NCBI GenBank assembly: GCA_044359535.1
Contig: JBIKLZ010000028.1
Coordinates: 1 to 15,939 of the forward strand
Reading direction: 5' to 3'
From: Chlamydiia bacterium
Lineage (GTDB): Bacteria; Chlamydiota; Chlamydiia; Chlamydiales; 2-12-FULL-49-11
DNA: 15,939 nt
The notes beneath the pieces are model-generated. The model saw only the letters and a list, made by a program, of their open reading frames with translations, had not been told where the DNA came from and did not search any database. Below are positions 15,155-15,939 of the stretch, in pieces. Positions within the stretch are counted from its first letter, which is position 1, and each line of letters opens with the position of its first letter. A program made the position numbers and the translations under genes.

Positions 15155-15939
15155 TTACTGAGAAAAAGGGGAGAAGGGATCAGAATCCTCAATGGATTCG
15201 TGAGCATAGTTAGAAAAGTGTGCAAACTCTTTTCTCCAAGCAAGCTTGATGTTGCCGGTTGATCCATGTCTATTTTTTGCAATTAAAATCTCAGCCATCC
15301 CTGGGTGATCAGTTGCGTTGTAGTAGTCCCTTCTATAAATAAAAAGGACACAGTCAGCATCCTGTTCAATGGATCCAGATTCTCTTAAATCTGAAAGCAT
15401 AGGGCGGTGGCCTGCTCTTTCTTCTACCTTACGAGAAAGTTGAGAGGGGCAGATGATAGGGATGTTAAGTTCCCTCGCTAAGTTTTTTAGCATCCTTGAA
15501 ATTTCAGAAATTTCTGTCTGTCTATTTTCTGTGTTGTATTGCCCTCGGGACCCTGATAGAAGTTGTAAGTAGTCTATTAAAAGAAACTGGATATTATAGA
15601 CCTCTTTTAATCGTCTTGCTCGAGCTCTAAGATCGGTGATTTTTAAACCGGGTTGATCATCAATGATGAAGGTGTGGTTTTGCATCGCACTGACAGCAGA
15701 GACAATTCTTTGGTATTCAGCCCCATTAAGGGCTCCTGTTTTAATTTTTTCAGAAGAAACTTCAGCCCTTTTACAAATCATTCTGTGTAAAAGCTCCTCA
15801 GCATTCATCTCAAGAGAAAAGACGGCTACGGGTTTATTTAAATCAAAGCAAATATGCTCAGCAATATTGACCCCAAAAGCAGTTTTTCCCATCGACGGAC
15901 GGCCAGCGACAATGATAAGGTTTGCTGGATTTAACCCCC
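15155..15939 (-). CDS. dnaB: Replicative DNA helicase, C-terminal RecA-like domain (5' part outside the window)
   Basis: The frame is open to the window edge. Walker A in NLIIVAGRPSMGKT; also FSLEM, IDYLQL, SQLSR, LSDLRESGSIEQDAD and AKNRHG. Confidence 0.98.
   Translation of the reverse strand, partial: GLNPANLIIVAGRPSMGKTAFGVNIAEHICFDLNKPVAVFSLEMNAEELLHRMICKRAEVSSEKIKTGALNGAEYQRIVSAVSAMQNHTFIIDDQPGLKITDLRARARRLKEVYNIQFLLIDYLQLLSGSRGQYNTENRQTEISEISRMLKNLARELNIPIICPSQLSRKVEERAGHRPMLSDLRESGSIEQDADCVLFIYRRDYYNATDHPGMAEILIAKNRHGSTGNIKLAWRKEFAHFSNYAHESIEDSDPFSPFSQ

Noticed and set aside
15155..15939. Possible intein in dnaB
   Set aside because: The known insertion regions (Walker A GKT/A and RESG/SIEQD) are contiguous and uninterrupted in the visible part.
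1..15939. CRISPR array, tRNA/rRNA, IS element, prophage or defence system
   Set aside because: I saw no spaced direct repeats, cloverleaf motifs, transposase, integrase or defence domains; intergenic gaps are all short and the TatD is the ordinary housekeeping type.

Overview
Gene-dense, AT-rich core-genome segment whose gene order and protein sequences point to an environmental Chlamydiota (chlamydial) chromosome. The right half carries, on the minus strand, partial dnaB, a 29-aa bS22/AURKAIP1-COX24-like ORF missed by the ORF track, mnmG, an exported hypothetical protein and a short lplA. This block converges on the plus-strand tatD-sdhC-sdhA-sdhB block. Divergent from tatD, on the minus strand, are tolQ-tolR-tolA-tolB-pal, a coiled-coil lipoprotein, an orphan OmpR/PhoB response regulator, a small repeat lipoprotein, an Inc-like membrane/TPR protein and a partial TPR protein. 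I found no RNA genes, mobile elements, CRISPR arrays or defence genes, and I cannot support a wholly new multi-gene system. The best leads are an exported protein with an Hfq/Sm-like sequence pattern, the highly symmetric 59-bp tolQ/tatD divergent control region, the tiny ribosomal-protein-like ORF coupled to mnmG, a 14-bp AT-only inverted repeat beside the orphan regulator, and a Pal-linked coiled-coil lipoprotein lacking LysM and TPR domains. All family calls are motif recognition by eye; no searches were run.
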